A stretch of DNA of 64,000 bases from Octopus sinensis. Lineage: Eukaryota. Positions 24,596 to 38,410 of this stretch are shown here, in pieces. The translations under genes were made by a program, and so were the position numbers. Under the pieces are notes generated by a model, which did not search any database, had not been told where the DNA came from, and was given only the letters and a program-made list of their open reading frames with translations. The stretch is taken from positions 46,872,001 through 46,936,000 of the forward strand of contig NC_042998.1 in assembly GCF_006345805.1 (NCBI RefSeq), in the 5' to 3' direction. Numbering within the stretch: the first letter of the stretch is position 1; the number at the start of each line of letters is the position of its first letter.

Positions 24596-25519
24596 CGTAT
24601 ACGATTATCGATAATGATATTTCTTAATTCAGAAAATCCCTCCGTGTGTTCCTGCTAATAGTGATGATGCTTTGAGTCAATCTTTTATGTCAGTGCTGCT
24701 GTTTGTGCTTGTATTCGTGGGCATGTGTCTACATGTGATCTGTATGTCGTCTGTGAAAACGTACGCGCATGTGTGTGCTTGTGTGCATGCAAGTGGAGAC
24801 ACCAGGTGAGGTTAAAAAGCGAATAAATCGGTCATAAATTACTGTGGTGGTGTAACGAAGCTTGCTGGTTTTTGGTAACCCAAAACTGTTTAAAATTGTC
24901 TTTAAAAAAGGAGGCAGCTTCCATTTACATTGTTCTATGACAACCATTGAACAACGCGTCTGGCAACAATACACATTTTTTTTTCTCATAAGCTTGCTCT
25001 TTCTGTTTTGGATTCCGTTTCTTATTTTCTTATTTCGTCATTCATTCATTCTTCCACTTATTCATTCACACATACATACATGAGGACACACATGTGAGTG
25101 CATATTTATATCTATTATAGGTATGTAAGCAAACACACGTATCCTCCTGTATGTGTGTACGTATGTATGTGTGTGTTTGTTTGTGTGTGTGTGTATGTGC
25201 ACATACTTTTTATGATATTGATTTCATTTAATTTGAACTTTGTATTTCTGAATTATTTCTCTCACCCACTCTTTATTTCACCCTCCTCTCTCCCTCTGCC
25301 CTTAAATACTTTTCTGTTTTTTTTTTTTTTCTGCAAATAAATATCGTAACAACTTCTATTATAAGGAGATGCGACTTTAAAGAATGACCTAGAGTAAACC
25401 TCAAGTGTACAACATACCAAAACTGCCACCTAATTTTATACTTTGTTGAACATATCTGCCATTTTGCTACGACACTACGAAGTAATAATCTGTTGAAATA
25501 TAGAAGATAATGAGACGAA

Positions 25520-25950
25520 ATTAAATTCAGTAAAGCACTTCGTCCGGTGTTCTATTGTTTCTTCCTCTCCAAACTTTTAGATAGTTTTTTAGTTTAGACA
25601 GGAAAAATTGAGTTTGTGTCCTTCGTAGGTTCTTAATACTAGGGTGCTTCATGTAGCTTATGTCCAAATTTAACATCTGCAAGAAAACTTCAGCATTAAA
25701 ACCGTGTACTGGAAAGGTTTTGGTGGGTGTTGAGGTTCTCAAATGCGACTTAACTTAGTTGGCTATTGTGGGGCGCAAGAGACACCTGAGCAAGATTGCA
25801 TGGTTCATGTGGATCCAAAGAGGATAATACAACAGTACTGCATGAAGATAAAGCCCAGATAGCTTGGCTCTGAGAAGCATAGGTATTTGTAGTAAAGGTA
25901 GAAAAGGCAGTGCGTCGTGAGTTCAAGATTGAAGTCTGTGGGAGGTGGGT
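25520..25950 (-). mobile_element. Possible decayed CR1/L2-type LINE 3' fragment
   Basis: Weak similarity of TFPVHGFN..SIKNL..FLSKLKNYL..TPDE to CR1-group RT C-termini. Confidence 0.3.
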
Positions 25951-26109
25951 GTATTTTCCAATCAACGAAATGGCAATATTATAGGATGTTTGTGCGTGTT
26001 ACATTATCGTTTCACAGGTGGGAGAGTTATCGGAGATCTTATTTGAGCTTTGTAGAAACTCAATAAGAGATTAGAGCTGCGGAATTTCTTAAACCTTTTA
26101 AAAAAGGTG

Positions 26110-26555
26110 GGATCTTTTCGGTTTGAACGGCAGTTTTTTCTAGCGGTGTCATATGAAATTGTCACCAATAATTATGACCCTAGTATCGATCTATTGCATT
26201 TCAATCTGTTTTAGGGTTAGGGTTAGTTAAGGTTAGGTTTAGGATTAGGGTTAGGGGTGGGGGAAGGGTATCTTTTGTTCTTCACAAATGTAAATAAACC
26301 CAATCTGTTTCTTAAACGAGGGACATATTCATACGGCATAGAATGTTTTTTACCTCAATAGACGTCAGTGATTGGTTGAAATTGCAGAAATTGAAGAAAA
26401 AAACCCAACAAATATCTTACAAACTATAGAATTTTCTCAATAAAGCCAAGAGAAAAAGATGTTTTATAAACACATTCTACCAGTATAGGAAGTTAAAAAA
26501 TTTTTTAGTTACCTAGAAATTATGTTAAAAACTGCCGTTCAAACCGAAAAGATCC
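26110..26555. mobile_element. MITE with 28-bp perfect TIRs and internal TTAGGG-like repeats
   Basis: GGATCTTTTCGGTTTGAACGGCAGTTTT at 26110-26137, reverse complement at 26528-26555; 8-bp TSD AAAAGGTG/GAAAGGTG (one mismatch). Confidence 0.88.
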
Positions 26556-27647
26556 GAAAGGTGAGTAGTCTTTCCTGATTTAACATGTTATGAATATGTG
26601 ATCACCACATGAAATTGTAAGGGTTTTTTTTTTTTGCTGAGCATTTGTAGCACTTATAATTTAAAGTTTGGTGCTGTTTCTTTCGCTATCGTGTTGTTTT
26701 TTGTGAATAATTGCCTGCCAGATTATAATTAATTAGAACCAATTTTAAAACGTTTATCTCAATGGACATTTTTTAATGTGAGAAAAGAGAACTAAATTTG
26801 TTTCTAGTCTAACTTTCTAATCTTTGCTTAACCCTAAGTGATTTCTTAATATATAGCTGTGAAAAGAGCAGAATAACACATAAACGCTCGTCTCCACCCC
26901 ACAAACTAAAATGTTGCGGGTGTTGGGTATCGTCTGGTTTCAACATTTGATACGCTTTCAAATATATCAAATGGTTGCAAAAGATAATTTATTATTTTTG
27001 TCGATATGACTGCACAAGATTTCTAACATAATTGTCGCTCATACACACAGACACACACACACAACACACACACACACATGCACGCAAACACACACGCACA
27101 ACCATACACACATGCACACACACAAGTATATACAAGCATAAATACACGACCCACATGCAGTTTACTTCCACACTCACCACACACACATGCATTGCACGTA
27201 TACACATATATGTGTGCGTATGCTTATATATGTGTTTGTGTGTATGTGTGTACTATGTGTGTGAGAGAACCTGCGCGTGTGTATGTATGAATATACGTAT
27301 GCACACGCTTATTTTAACAAACAACATAAGTGATAATCAATGGATTTAGTGAAGTTTATATTATAATTAGATTCTGCATTTTATTATTCAAGTCTTATAT
27401 GTGCATCATCGTGAATAGACATGTAACTGCGAGATGTTGATTAAATCGCTCCTAACTGGACGTCCATGAGTTTGACTCTTATTAGTCAAGGCTTGCAAAA
27501 TGGCGGAAAAGGTGAAACTGGCCTTTAATTAGAGCAGTGGTTGTCCACCGGGGTCCATATGACCCTTGGGTGTCCACATAAGATTTTACTAAAATTCATG
27601 TCTAATAAACGAATTATACTTCTAAAATACACAAAAAACTTTTACAT

Positions 27648-28052
27648 AGGTGTAGGAGTGGCTGTGTGGTAAGTAGCATACTTACGAACCTCATGGTTCC
27701 GGGTTTAGTCCCACTGCGTGGCACCTTGGGCAAGTGTCTTCTACTATAGTCTCGGGCCGACCAAAGCCTTGTGAGTCGATTTGGTAGACGGAAACTGAAA
27801 GAAGCCCGTCGTACATATGTATATATATATGTATGTATGTGTGTATATATGTTTGTGTATCTGTGTTTGTCCCCCCAATATCGCTTGACAACCGATGCTG
27901 GTGTGTTTACGTCCCCGTAACTTAGCGGTTCGGCAAAAAAGACCCGATACAATAAGTACTTGGCTTACAAAGAATAAGTCCTGGGGTCGACTTGCTCGAC
28001 TAAAGGCGGTCCTCCAGCATGGCCACAGTCAAATGACTGAAACAAGTAAAAG
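27648..28052 (+). mobile_element. SINE family B
   Basis: Full head, middle and tail homology. Confidence 0.9.
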
Positions 28053-28149
28053 AGAAAAGAGAATTGTTTTTACAATTCCTAATAATATTTAACTATAAAA
28101 CTACAATTAATGATATTTTTTTTAACATCTAACGGCTATGAGGGTCCAT

Positions 28150-29330
28150 CGGAGTAAAATAGGAATCAAATAGGTTCACAGGCAAAAAATGGTTACGATC
28201 TATTGAATTAGACCACTAAATTATAAGGAAGACTATTGGACATGGTGTCTATGCATCGACAAAGTAGGATCGATGAGTTCTCAAATTTGTATTCCTTGGT
28301 AACAATCTTAAATATCGAGCTGGAGAACTGGCTGAATATTTATTTTCTCAAAGAACGCTCACCTGTAGTGGCAGTTAGAAAGAACATTGGATTGTCTATT
28401 AAGGGACAACGCTGGCGTTTTACTATCTGGACCAGTTCAGCCACGTAAAGACTGTGGCTACACTGGAATACAAATAGCTTTCCCTCAGTAATATTTCAAG
28501 TTATAAAAGCGCAATCGTATCCTTGGTGTCGAGCTTTCCGGGTTAGTCGGGAGACGTAAGCTACGTTTTCCTGTTCTTAGACGCAAATGAGTACAAGTGT
28601 TCATTGTAATTTCCCTTCAAGTTGTTAGTTGCTTGCTCCGTATAGTTTTTCGCGCCACCGCCAGTTGTAATATAACTGATGATCGCTATATTACTCCTTT
28701 GGAGAGTAAAGCTTACTTCAGTGAACGGAAGAATTAATTTCAACAAATTCCAGATGGTTTCTGACACGTGGGTTGTGTTGATATACATTTTAGATTGTAA
28801 TGTTTATTGGTGGAAGTGGTGTTTTCTAGACAAGAATAGGACATCGTAATATTATGTGCATAATTTGTCTAAGATGTAAATGTAAGCTATAATTACATCC
28901 TAACAATCAACGTAAACTTTCATTAACATATATATGTAAGAAAAACTCAGTGAATATTCTTAAGTCTTTTCTAAGTTTTTCAGTAGTATGGCCACTCATA
29001 TTGTGTAAGATTTGAAGATTATCATCTCTGTGCAGGCCAGAGTCATGTGGGGAAAGATCACTTTCAAATAGTGTCAAAGACGAACAAACCTTCAAGATGG
29101 AATACCTCAGCGCAACAGCAGCTCCCCATAGAAATGCTAAACAATGGGTTACCTGAGTTGTTTTCTGTAGTCTATTCGGAAGGATGTGTACTTCATTCAC
29201 ATAAAATATCTGGAATTGTATGTTGAAGAGCTGCTTTTGGGTGAGTTCTATTATTATAGTTTATGTGAAATAAAGTTCTCAGTTGGCATATATTATTTCA
29301 TTTGTCTGCAAGTGCAAGGTTACTGAGCGA
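28150..29330 (-). mobile_element. Decayed Penelope-like element (RT and GIY-YIG remnants)
   Basis: SGLHRDDNLQILHNMSGHTTEKLRKDLRIF (ORF 28907-29200) and KNYTEQATNNLKGNYNEHLYSF (ORF 28561-28788). Confidence 0.75.
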
Positions 29331-29842
29331 ATATAAGGAAGATGTCCTATAATTGTTCAAAATATTTCGGTCCTACTTCGAAATATTAGCGTTTCATAAA
29401 ATTAATAAGATCGGATTCAATATCCCCACGCACATTACAAACAACTATTCTATTTATAATCAAGAAGATAAAAACTTTTACTTTTTTGCAAAGATTCAAT
29501 AACAAAACCATGGAGCAAGGACACCTTCCTACTTCAACTTGGAATATCATTGTTATATATACTCCACATTCCTCGGATCACGTAACTATAAATTTGCCTA
29601 CCTGTAAATACCAAAACACTGAAACTACTCGCTGTGTCCTTCAATAAAAACTCCAAGATATTTTTTCGTACTGTCGCTACAGGCAGATGTTACTTTTGGA
29701 GAATTTCCTACCAACGGTGTATCCTGACCATGTAATATAAATTTGAGAATTTTTCGAATATGAGCCAGCCAAATAAATTTAATTATACTCTAAGACATAC
29801 TATAAGGGCTTATTCTTTTATGCGTTATTACCAATATACTTG

Positions 29843-30060
29843 GTGGCAAGCTGGCAGAATCATTAGCACGCTGGACAAAATGCTTAGCGGCATTTCGTCT
29901 GTCTTTACGTCCTGAGTTCAAAAGCCACCAAAGTCGATTTTGTCTTTCATTCTTTCGGGGTTCGATAATATAAATGTCAGTTGAATATTGGAGTTAATGT
30001 AATCAACAAGTCCCCGCTCTCCCAAATTTCAGACCTTGTGTCTATAGCAGAAAGGCTATT
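29843..30060 (+). mobile_element. SINE family A, tail type B
   Basis: Head and core followed by CCCAAATTTCAGACCTTGTGTCTATAGCAGAAAGG. Confidence 0.85.
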
Positions 30061-30679
30061 ACCAACGTTCTACAGCACTTGTAATTTATGCGCTTCAGTA
30101 TGCGTGCTTGGATGCTTTATATAAGCAGGGATACTGGATATATATAATCATGGTGTATATATCTGTGCAAGTCTGTCTCTCTGATACTTTGTCTGCCTCT
30201 GTGTTTTAATTTGTCAGTGCCTTTCTACAGCACAAACTTAGGCTTTACAGCCCAGTACAATACCTCACATGACTCACCTCCTATTCCAATAAAAACTACT
30301 TCACCAACTAATCTACCTCTCCCTTCTATTCAACAACACAACCTGAACTGACTTTGAATCAAAATTACTTAAGCCAAGAAAATTTCTATTCAACCACACC
30401 TTGAATTCCATTTCCCATAAAATGATTTATTTTCCCATTCTCCGTCCTACAAATAGCCAAATTAACATTCTTAGATAAATACTAACCAAAAACTAAATCC
30501 ACCTCTATCATTTTTTTATAACCTCACATTTTTGTTGTTAAAACTAACATATAAGGACGCACATACAAATACACAAGCGTTGCCAGCATTAATACAAAAA
30601 CAGACAAAGATATAAACAATTCTACCAAACCGTCCATCAACACCACATCACACCACCAGTGAAATTTAATAAAACAAAA

Positions 30680-31958
30680 GCAGCGGTTGAACACTTACAA
30701 AATTTTTAGATATAGTTTCCTTGCTTTTCGATGCACTTCTTGCAATGGTCCACAATCTTACTTATTCTATCGAAGAAGAAAGCTTACATCTGGTCGGCAG
30801 CCATTTATGCACCGCTTCCCGCGCTTCTTGGTTTGCAGTAAACTGACAACCTCGTAAAGGATGTTTAAACGGTCTAAAAAGGTGATAGTCAGAAGGAGCA
30901 AAATCTAGACTGTATGTAGGGTTTCCAGCAAATCAAAACCAAGTTTTACAATGGTTTCAACAGTGTGGACAGCCATATGTGGGCGTGCGTTGTCGTGTGA
31001 CAATAACACTTACTTTGATAATAGACCTCAGTGTTTGGTGAGAATTACTGGTTTCAGTTTGTTCTCCAAAATTTCACTGTAGTCTACACTAATGACTGTA
31101 GTATCCTTTTTCCACGTAATGTTCCAGTATAGGCCCTTTTGTGCCCCAAAAAACGTTTGGCATGACTTTTGCTGCAGAAGGTTTACATCTTGAATATTTT
31201 TTTTTGCAGACGTTTCTTGATGTTTCCATGCTATACTCTGCCTTTTGGATTCTGGTCCAAAGAGATGGACCCAGATTTCATCTCCTATGACAGTTCTCTC
31301 TAAGGTAGCTTAGAGAGAACTGTCTGAGGTACCTTCGCCTTCATCATTGTAGTGGTCAAATAAGTGTTGATAGATACCCACACGATTGCACTTATGTGCT
31401 TTGGTTAGCTCTCTTGGCAATCACCCTGCAGAAACTTTATAAAAGCGAAACTGGTCGTGGACAATTTCATACGCAGAACTATGACGAATTTGCAGAGAAC
31501 ATACCATCTCATCAATACTCACTCGCTGGTTCGCCAGAATTATCTCTCGAGCTTGTTGAATCTTCACATCAATGGTGGCGGTTGATGAGCACCTTGCTCC
31601 CTCTTCCTGCTTCACATTTGTCCAGCCATTTTTTAAACTCCTCGATCCACTCATACACATTTCTACGCGGTAGAAAAATGTGTCTGTGAGGCGCTGAGAG
31701 CCTGCGATGAATTTCAGTCCCTCACACATTTCAGACCAGAGAAATCGGATTAGTCTTCTTTGTGCTTCCTTGATGCACACTGCCAACGGAGCAGCTATGT
31801 TAACTCTGTAATACAAGAAAGAAAACTGGTGTTATAGAGATCAAAACCTGTCAGTTGACCACAAAAGTACCACTATTTAGCACACAAGCGTTGAAGGTAC
31901 TGTAATCATGCCAAACAAAATTTTGTCGAAAATGTGGATAATTTTGAACTTCTCCTTG
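30680..31958 (-). mobile_element. Decayed mariner (Tc1/mariner DD34D) transposon
   Basis: HTH region (ORF 31421-31816), VIGDEIWVH, HDNARPHMA, YSxDxAPSDYHLF, KCIEKQGNY; TIR-like end near 31930-31958. Confidence 0.9.
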
Positions 31959-32071
31959 TCTATATGAGGGTGCGTGGCCTCGTGGTTGGGGTATTGTGCG
32001 TAAAATCGTAGTTTCGAATATATATATATATATATATGGAGTTAAATGCAGATGTTATTCAAATTCTTTTA

Positions 32072-32158
32072 CTTCCGACATATGTTTCGAAGACAACATT
32101 GGTATTATTCCAAAGGAATAAAATGGTGTAAAACAATGTAATCTTCCCATCTGAGAAA
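32072..32158 (-). ncRNA. Type I hammerhead, decayed core (CAGAUGG), GUC site
   Basis: Stem II GAAGA/TCTTC, GAAA, stem III ACATATGT, stem I TTTCT/GGAAG. Confidence 0.65.
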
Positions 32159-32716
32159 GAAAGAAAGAAACCAAACTCATCAATAAGACATTTTAACAGA
32201 ATGTGATGGATGTGTATCTAAAAGACCATAATAAACAATTTAATTTAGATTGGTTGATTCTCTCCATTTCATTCCCATATCATAAAGGTAAAGAATTCTG
32301 CCAGCTCTGGAATAGTGAACTATTTTCTATTCTATTTTCTAAAAATCCCCTTGTAAAAACGTTTATAGAGCGTGCTTATTGGTGTAAACATTGGCAGAAA
32401 CATACCTTTAGTTCATATAAGTGATATCTACCATTATATATAATTTGAACATTGATTTTCTTCTTACGTTTCACTTCCACTAGATATATCTATTTCCAAG
32501 CATTTAAGCTTTTCTTTTAATTCACATATCGCTCTATGTTTCTCCTTTATTAGTTTTCTGCTTATTTCTTTCCTTTACTCCTTCTCTTTCTATAGGCTAC
32601 CTTTGACGTTATATCTTCTAATGGTCTTTTTTAAAAAAAAACTTAATAGCGTTCCATTCATCATTATACACATCCATCACATTCTGTTAAAATGTCTTAT
32701 TGATGTGTTTGGTTTC

Positions 32717-32803
32717 TTTCCCTGGTGAGAAGATTACATTGTTTTACCCCATTATATTCCTTTGGAATAATACCAATGCTGTCTTCGAAACATATGTTGG
32801 AAG
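32717..32803 (+). ncRNA. Type I hammerhead, core CUGGUGA, GUU site
   Basis: Stem I TTTCC/GGAAG, stem II GAAGA/TCTTC with a long extension, GAAA 32787-32790, stem III ACATATGT. Confidence 0.65.
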
Positions 32804-33189
32804 TAAAAGATTTTGAATAACACCTGCGTTTAACTCCGTTTATTTATTTATATATATTATACAAAATATTTCACATAAACCCGGAGTTTCTACCAATACA
32901 AACAGGGTGTTACGTCCTTATTGCTTGTGTAATATTTTGCTACCATGGTAACTGTTTATTTATTTTTTCCATGTTAGTTGTAAACAAGGGAAAAATACAC
33001 ACATCCATATATATATAATATATATATATATATTATATATATATATATATAGCGGTGCTCTAGCACGGCCGCGGTCAATTGACTGAAAAAAAATAAAAGA
33101 ATATACATACATATATACATACACACACACGTACGCGTACACACACACACACACAAACACATATGCAGTTAAATAAATAAACATACATT

Positions 33190-33347
33190 AAAAATAGCAA
33201 TAATAAACACCAAGAAAGAGGTCGTGCACATAAAACTTATTAGAGAGAGTTTTTGGTGTTTCGAGCATAGCTCTTCGACAGGATGGAAAACAGAAAAGCC
33301 GATAAAGTGGAATAAAAAAGCCACAAAGAGCATGCGTGTAGTTACAA

Positions 33348-33400
<53 letters not shown>

Positions 33401-33600
33401 TGTGTGTGTGTGTACATACATATATATATACATACATACATATTTTTTCTCTCCTTGTTTTTTCTGTGTACCTTTCTGTAGAAGAGCGTAGGCTCGAAAC
33501 GTAAAATACTTTTTCTATTCCTGAGCGTTATACTAATACATCTGTTTGTTTTGTACTCCACCTGTCTTCGTCTTTTGTTTTTATCGTAAACTTTCCTTAT
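33190..33600. mobile_element. Two pseudo-LTR-like fragments (33190-33350 minus; 33440-33600 plus) with HHR-like motifs, separated by (TA)n
   Basis: CTGTCGA-A-GAGC-TAT-GCTC-GAAA (minus) and CTGTAGA-A-GAGC-GTAG-GCTC-GAAA-CGTA (plus); the second is homologous to 52240-52442. Confidence 0.55.
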
Positions 33601-33781
33601 ATATACGTGCATACATACATTCATGCATAGACAGAGAGTGTACTAATCACTTTAATTTCTCTCTGAGGATTCAGTTCAAGATTTACTTTAAACATTTGAA
33701 ATGGTGCAGAAATTTAACAACAGTAACAAAACCAACAACAACAATAATATTGATGATGATGATGATGATGTTGATGATGAT

Positions 33782-33785
33782 AATA

Positions 33786-33844
<59 letters not shown>

Positions 33845-33865
33845 GTAATAATAATAATAATAAAT

Positions 33866-33920
<55 letters not shown>

Positions 33921-33995
33921 TAATAATAATAATAATAATAATATAATAATAATAATAATAATAATAATTATAATAATAATAATAATAATAATAAA
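33782..33995. repeat. (AAT)n microsatellite preceded by (GAT)n/(AAC)n
   Basis: Direct reading. Confidence 0.97.
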
Positions 33996-34474
33996 ATAAA
34001 TAAATAATGCCAAAAACACTAAAACTAATATTAATAGACACAAAACAATGTAAAGCTAAAAAGCTAAAAGAAAATAATAAATAGAAGAAAACGGTGTATT
34101 CGGGTGGAATGTAGCGAATATCAAATTGAAAAATAAAGAACAACAAAATGTCGTTGAAACGGAAAGGCCGGCTGCGAATAAATGGAAGTTTTAAATGTAG
34201 ACAACAGTAAACATGAAAAAGGAGGATCGGCTATTATATGAAGCAGCAATTCATTTTCCCTATCTGAAACACACCATTGAATAAATAGTATCAGCAGCTA
34301 TACAGATTTACATGTGTACCGAGCAGAGTTATGCCGAAAATGTATAGAGATTTATACACGTGTGTGTGTATATATATATATATATATTATATATATATAT
34401 TATATATATGTTGTGTGTGTGTGTGGTGTGTGTGTTGTGTGTGTGTGTGTGTGTGTGTGCATTTACGCGTGTAG

Positions 34475-34507
<33 letters not shown>

Positions 34508-34857
34508 TCTTTGTATGTATGTATGTATGTATGTATGTATGTATGCATGCATGGCGTGTGCATAAATGTGTGTATGTGCATACACTGAAATGCATAATGC
34601 GTATGGGGACATACAGATATTATGTGCAGAAATACACATGAAGCGGAGAATAAATACGCGGTGTACATATATATGTACATATATACCTAGATATATACAC
34701 ATGCATTCACACACAGGCACACACACTCACACACATATATGTATATGCATGCATACAAATATACTCATATATACCAATATGTACACATGTATATGTAATC
34801 ATATACATATAAAAGAAATGAATAAATGTATAAATATATATATATACATATATATAC

Positions 34858-34898
<41 letters not shown>

Positions 34899-34919
34899 CA
34901 TATACATATATATATATAC

Positions 34920-34971
<52 letters not shown>

Positions 34972-35254
34972 ATGTATGTATGTATGCATGAGTACACTCA
35001 CATATGCATACGTACAAAATGAATAAATCAGCAATCGAATCCATTGATATTTCACAGTAGACGTCAGTAGATACGACGATACGACTGTACATTGATAATA
35101 GTATGTATAGATATATCATGTAAACTTGGTCTGTCTCATGTATGTCATATATACATTCTCATAGAAATTCTAAACGCCGTATAATGAATGAGCTAGTAGA
35201 TAAACTTGCACAAATGTTTATCTCTCTCTCTCTCTCTCTTTATATATATATTAT

Positions 35255-35350
<96 letters not shown>

Positions 35351-36164
35351 GCATATATACATATATGATTTCGGTGCGAATAGTTTCTTATACGGCGCCG
35401 AGTTTACAATCCTGTAAATAATAATAATGGTATTTTTATATAAGCTTAAATCTTATGGCAATCACCGTGCAATGACCAAAGAAAATAGTCTGATGAAGTG
35501 GCATATAAGCCCTCGGCAAATACACACATACATATGTCTGTTTGTGCGTTTGATAAACTCAAGATTATACCGTATCATTTGTTCACTACGTACGTTTCTC
35601 CATTGTGGATATCATTATAATGGAAACAGAATGTGTGATTATAACGTACGAGTAGTGTTTAGCTCAACAATAGCAATCTAACTGTACATGCAATGTATTT
35701 TTGTGCTTGTATATGAGAGAGAAAGAGAGAGAGAGAGAGAGCGACAGAGCGACAATAAACGAATGTATATTCATGAGAGTATCTCACAAATTGTGTAAGC
35801 TATATAATTTTTCACAAAATGCGCTCAACAAATAATCAGGGATATTACGAACGTAAAGAGACAGAAGAAATAATATACGGAAGTTTGTCGGAATCCCCAA
35901 CAATTTTATCAATCTCACCCCCTCCACACACACGTACACACACACACACACACACTTACAACAACAATATTGATCTTTGTTTTTGCTAAAACACAAGGAG
36001 TGATATTTTGGGTGAGGGGGCTAATCAATTACAATGACTCCATTGCACAATTGATAGTTATCTCATCGATTCTGAAAGGATGACAGGCAAAGAAAACATT
36101 GGTGGAATTTGAACACTGTACGTAATGAAAATAGTTTCAAATTTTTCCCACAAGAGCAGCCATA

Positions 36165-36352
36165 TTAGGGAAGAGGATGAGTCGATTATATCGACACCAT
36201 CCCCAGTGTTCCATTGATAATTAAGTTATCAACCCCGAAAAGATGAAAGTTTAAAGTCGACCTTGGCGGAATTTGAACTCAGAACGTAGCGCCTGGTGAA
36301 ATACCGCTAAGCATTTCACCCTGTGTGCTAACGATTCTGCCATCTCGCCACC
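36165..36352 (-). mobile_element. SINE family A followed by (AAT)n
   Basis: Family homology. Confidence 0.85.
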
Positions 36353-36448
<96 letters not shown>

Positions 36449-36542
36449 GATCATAGACACAGCATGCCCAGCTGAGAACAAGGTATACGATAGAAAAGTC
36501 AAGGGATATAAAAAGTTAGCTTGGGAAGTTATATATACATAC

Positions 36543-36604
<62 letters not shown>

Positions 36605-36740
36605 CTCACACACACATATACACACACATACACACATACACACACATATATATATATTCATATACATACATACTATATATATGCATACACATATATGTAT
36701 ATATGTGTGTGTATGTATGTACATATATATATATGTGTTT

Positions 36741-36773
<33 letters not shown>

Positions 36774-36797
36774 CAAGTGTGTATGTGATAATGTGCG

Positions 36798-36828
<31 letters not shown>

Positions 36829-37278
36829 ATTTATTCATATGTGTATGTATATTGTCGAAGATTTTTTAGACTTTTGTAAAGACTTTTCAATGTAAATGAA
36901 AAAGACAACATCGAACCATGTTAATGCAGATGTAATAAGCTGGCAGTCGTTAGAGCATTGGATAAAATGCCTTGTGATATTTTAATAAAGGTGCTAAATA
37001 TGAAAATAATACGATAATATAAGAAACATTATTACTACGTAAATGTTGAGGATAGTACACATTAAAATTATTGGGCAGTTAAGCATATGAATATATTGAA
37101 AACAACATCTGTACTTTCAAGTACTAAAATATATGATGACTGCATACGCAACACAGGAAACCTTCAGTTCTCGAAGCATATAAACATATCTATAAGTAGT
37201 TTAATAACAATACATACATGCCTACATACATACATGCACACATATATATATATATATATCAATATATATATATATATA

Positions 37279-37319
<41 letters not shown>

Positions 37320-37393
37320 AATACAAACTGGGACAAGAACGCAAAATATTTAGGAGACGACACAAAAAATACGGACGGGACACTCGAAGCCGT

Positions 37394-37437
<44 letters not shown>

Positions 37438-37439
37438 TA

Positions 37440-38190
37440 ATGAAATAAAATCTGTTCTGTCTGTCTGTGTGTGTGTCTTCTAGGATCTCGGGCATCCTCC
37501 ATCCGATTGCGCTCAACTTTGATATGTAGATACAGACGGTATCAGAGCGTGTATAAGTCTTGAAAAAATTACAAAAATCGATTCCAGGTGAAAATGTAAT
37601 CGAGAAAGCCGTGGGGACGTGCATTTGTACGCGCAAGTACATCAGTTGTTGCGATCGATACTACGCGTACGCGAGAAAAATGCACTTGCAGTTTCCTACA
37701 TGTTTTATCGCATAAACTTATTGTCACAGGTACGTTCTCATAAATTCATGGTTTTCCATCTAGATTTACCTCCAGCTAACCCATTTGCATGCATCGTTTT
37801 TGACCTGCTTTTCTTCCGTCAACCTGTACATAACTGCACCTTCCATTTTTTGTTGTTCCTGTACTGCTTAAAGGCACGTTTCTTTCCTAACAAGCTTACT
37901 GTTTAAACCATGTTTGTGTTCTCCCAGTCAACAGCCTTATCATTACTGGTACTTTAAACTCTTCGATTGCATATTTGTGTGAATAAATCGGTTTTCTTTG
38001 GAATAGAAAAAAGTCTATCTTTATTTCTTCTGTTGCTGGTGTCTCAAATTTAGGTTAAATCAGTGTTTCTCAAAGTGGGTACCTATGGGACAGTCGGACA
38101 AGCTGTTTTGAGAAAATTTGGTTTAAATGTTTGACAACTCAGCACCGTCCATTGGACGAGGGTGGGGGTGGGTGTTTTACTCGTATATGT
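37440..38190 (-). mobile_element. Copy of the 14104-14495 repeat with an ~360-bp internal insertion
   Basis: 37440-37620 and 37980-38190 are collinear reverse complements of 14104-14495. Confidence 0.75.
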
Positions 38191-38336
38191 ATATATATAT
38201 ATAAACATATATAAATTAGTAAAACAAGATGAAATAAACAGCCTTTATACAGATTATTTATGCCCATTATTTATGCCTTTTTTCATACATGCATATACAT
38301 ACATACATACATACATACATACATTCATACATACAT

Positions 38337-38410
<74 letters not shown>

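Larger units (their letters stand above)
32038..32837 (+). mobile_element. Penelope-like 3' fragment with inverted pseudo-LTR arms
   Basis: Arms 32038-32217 and 32666-32837 are imperfect inverted copies; the spacer encodes a GIY-YIG C-terminus (NKQFNLDWLILS..PYHKGKEFCQLWNSELFSILF..CKH). Confidence 0.8.

Noticed and set aside
26212-26257. Interstitial telomere or fusion scar
   Set aside because: Short degenerate run lying inside a TIR-bounded MITE
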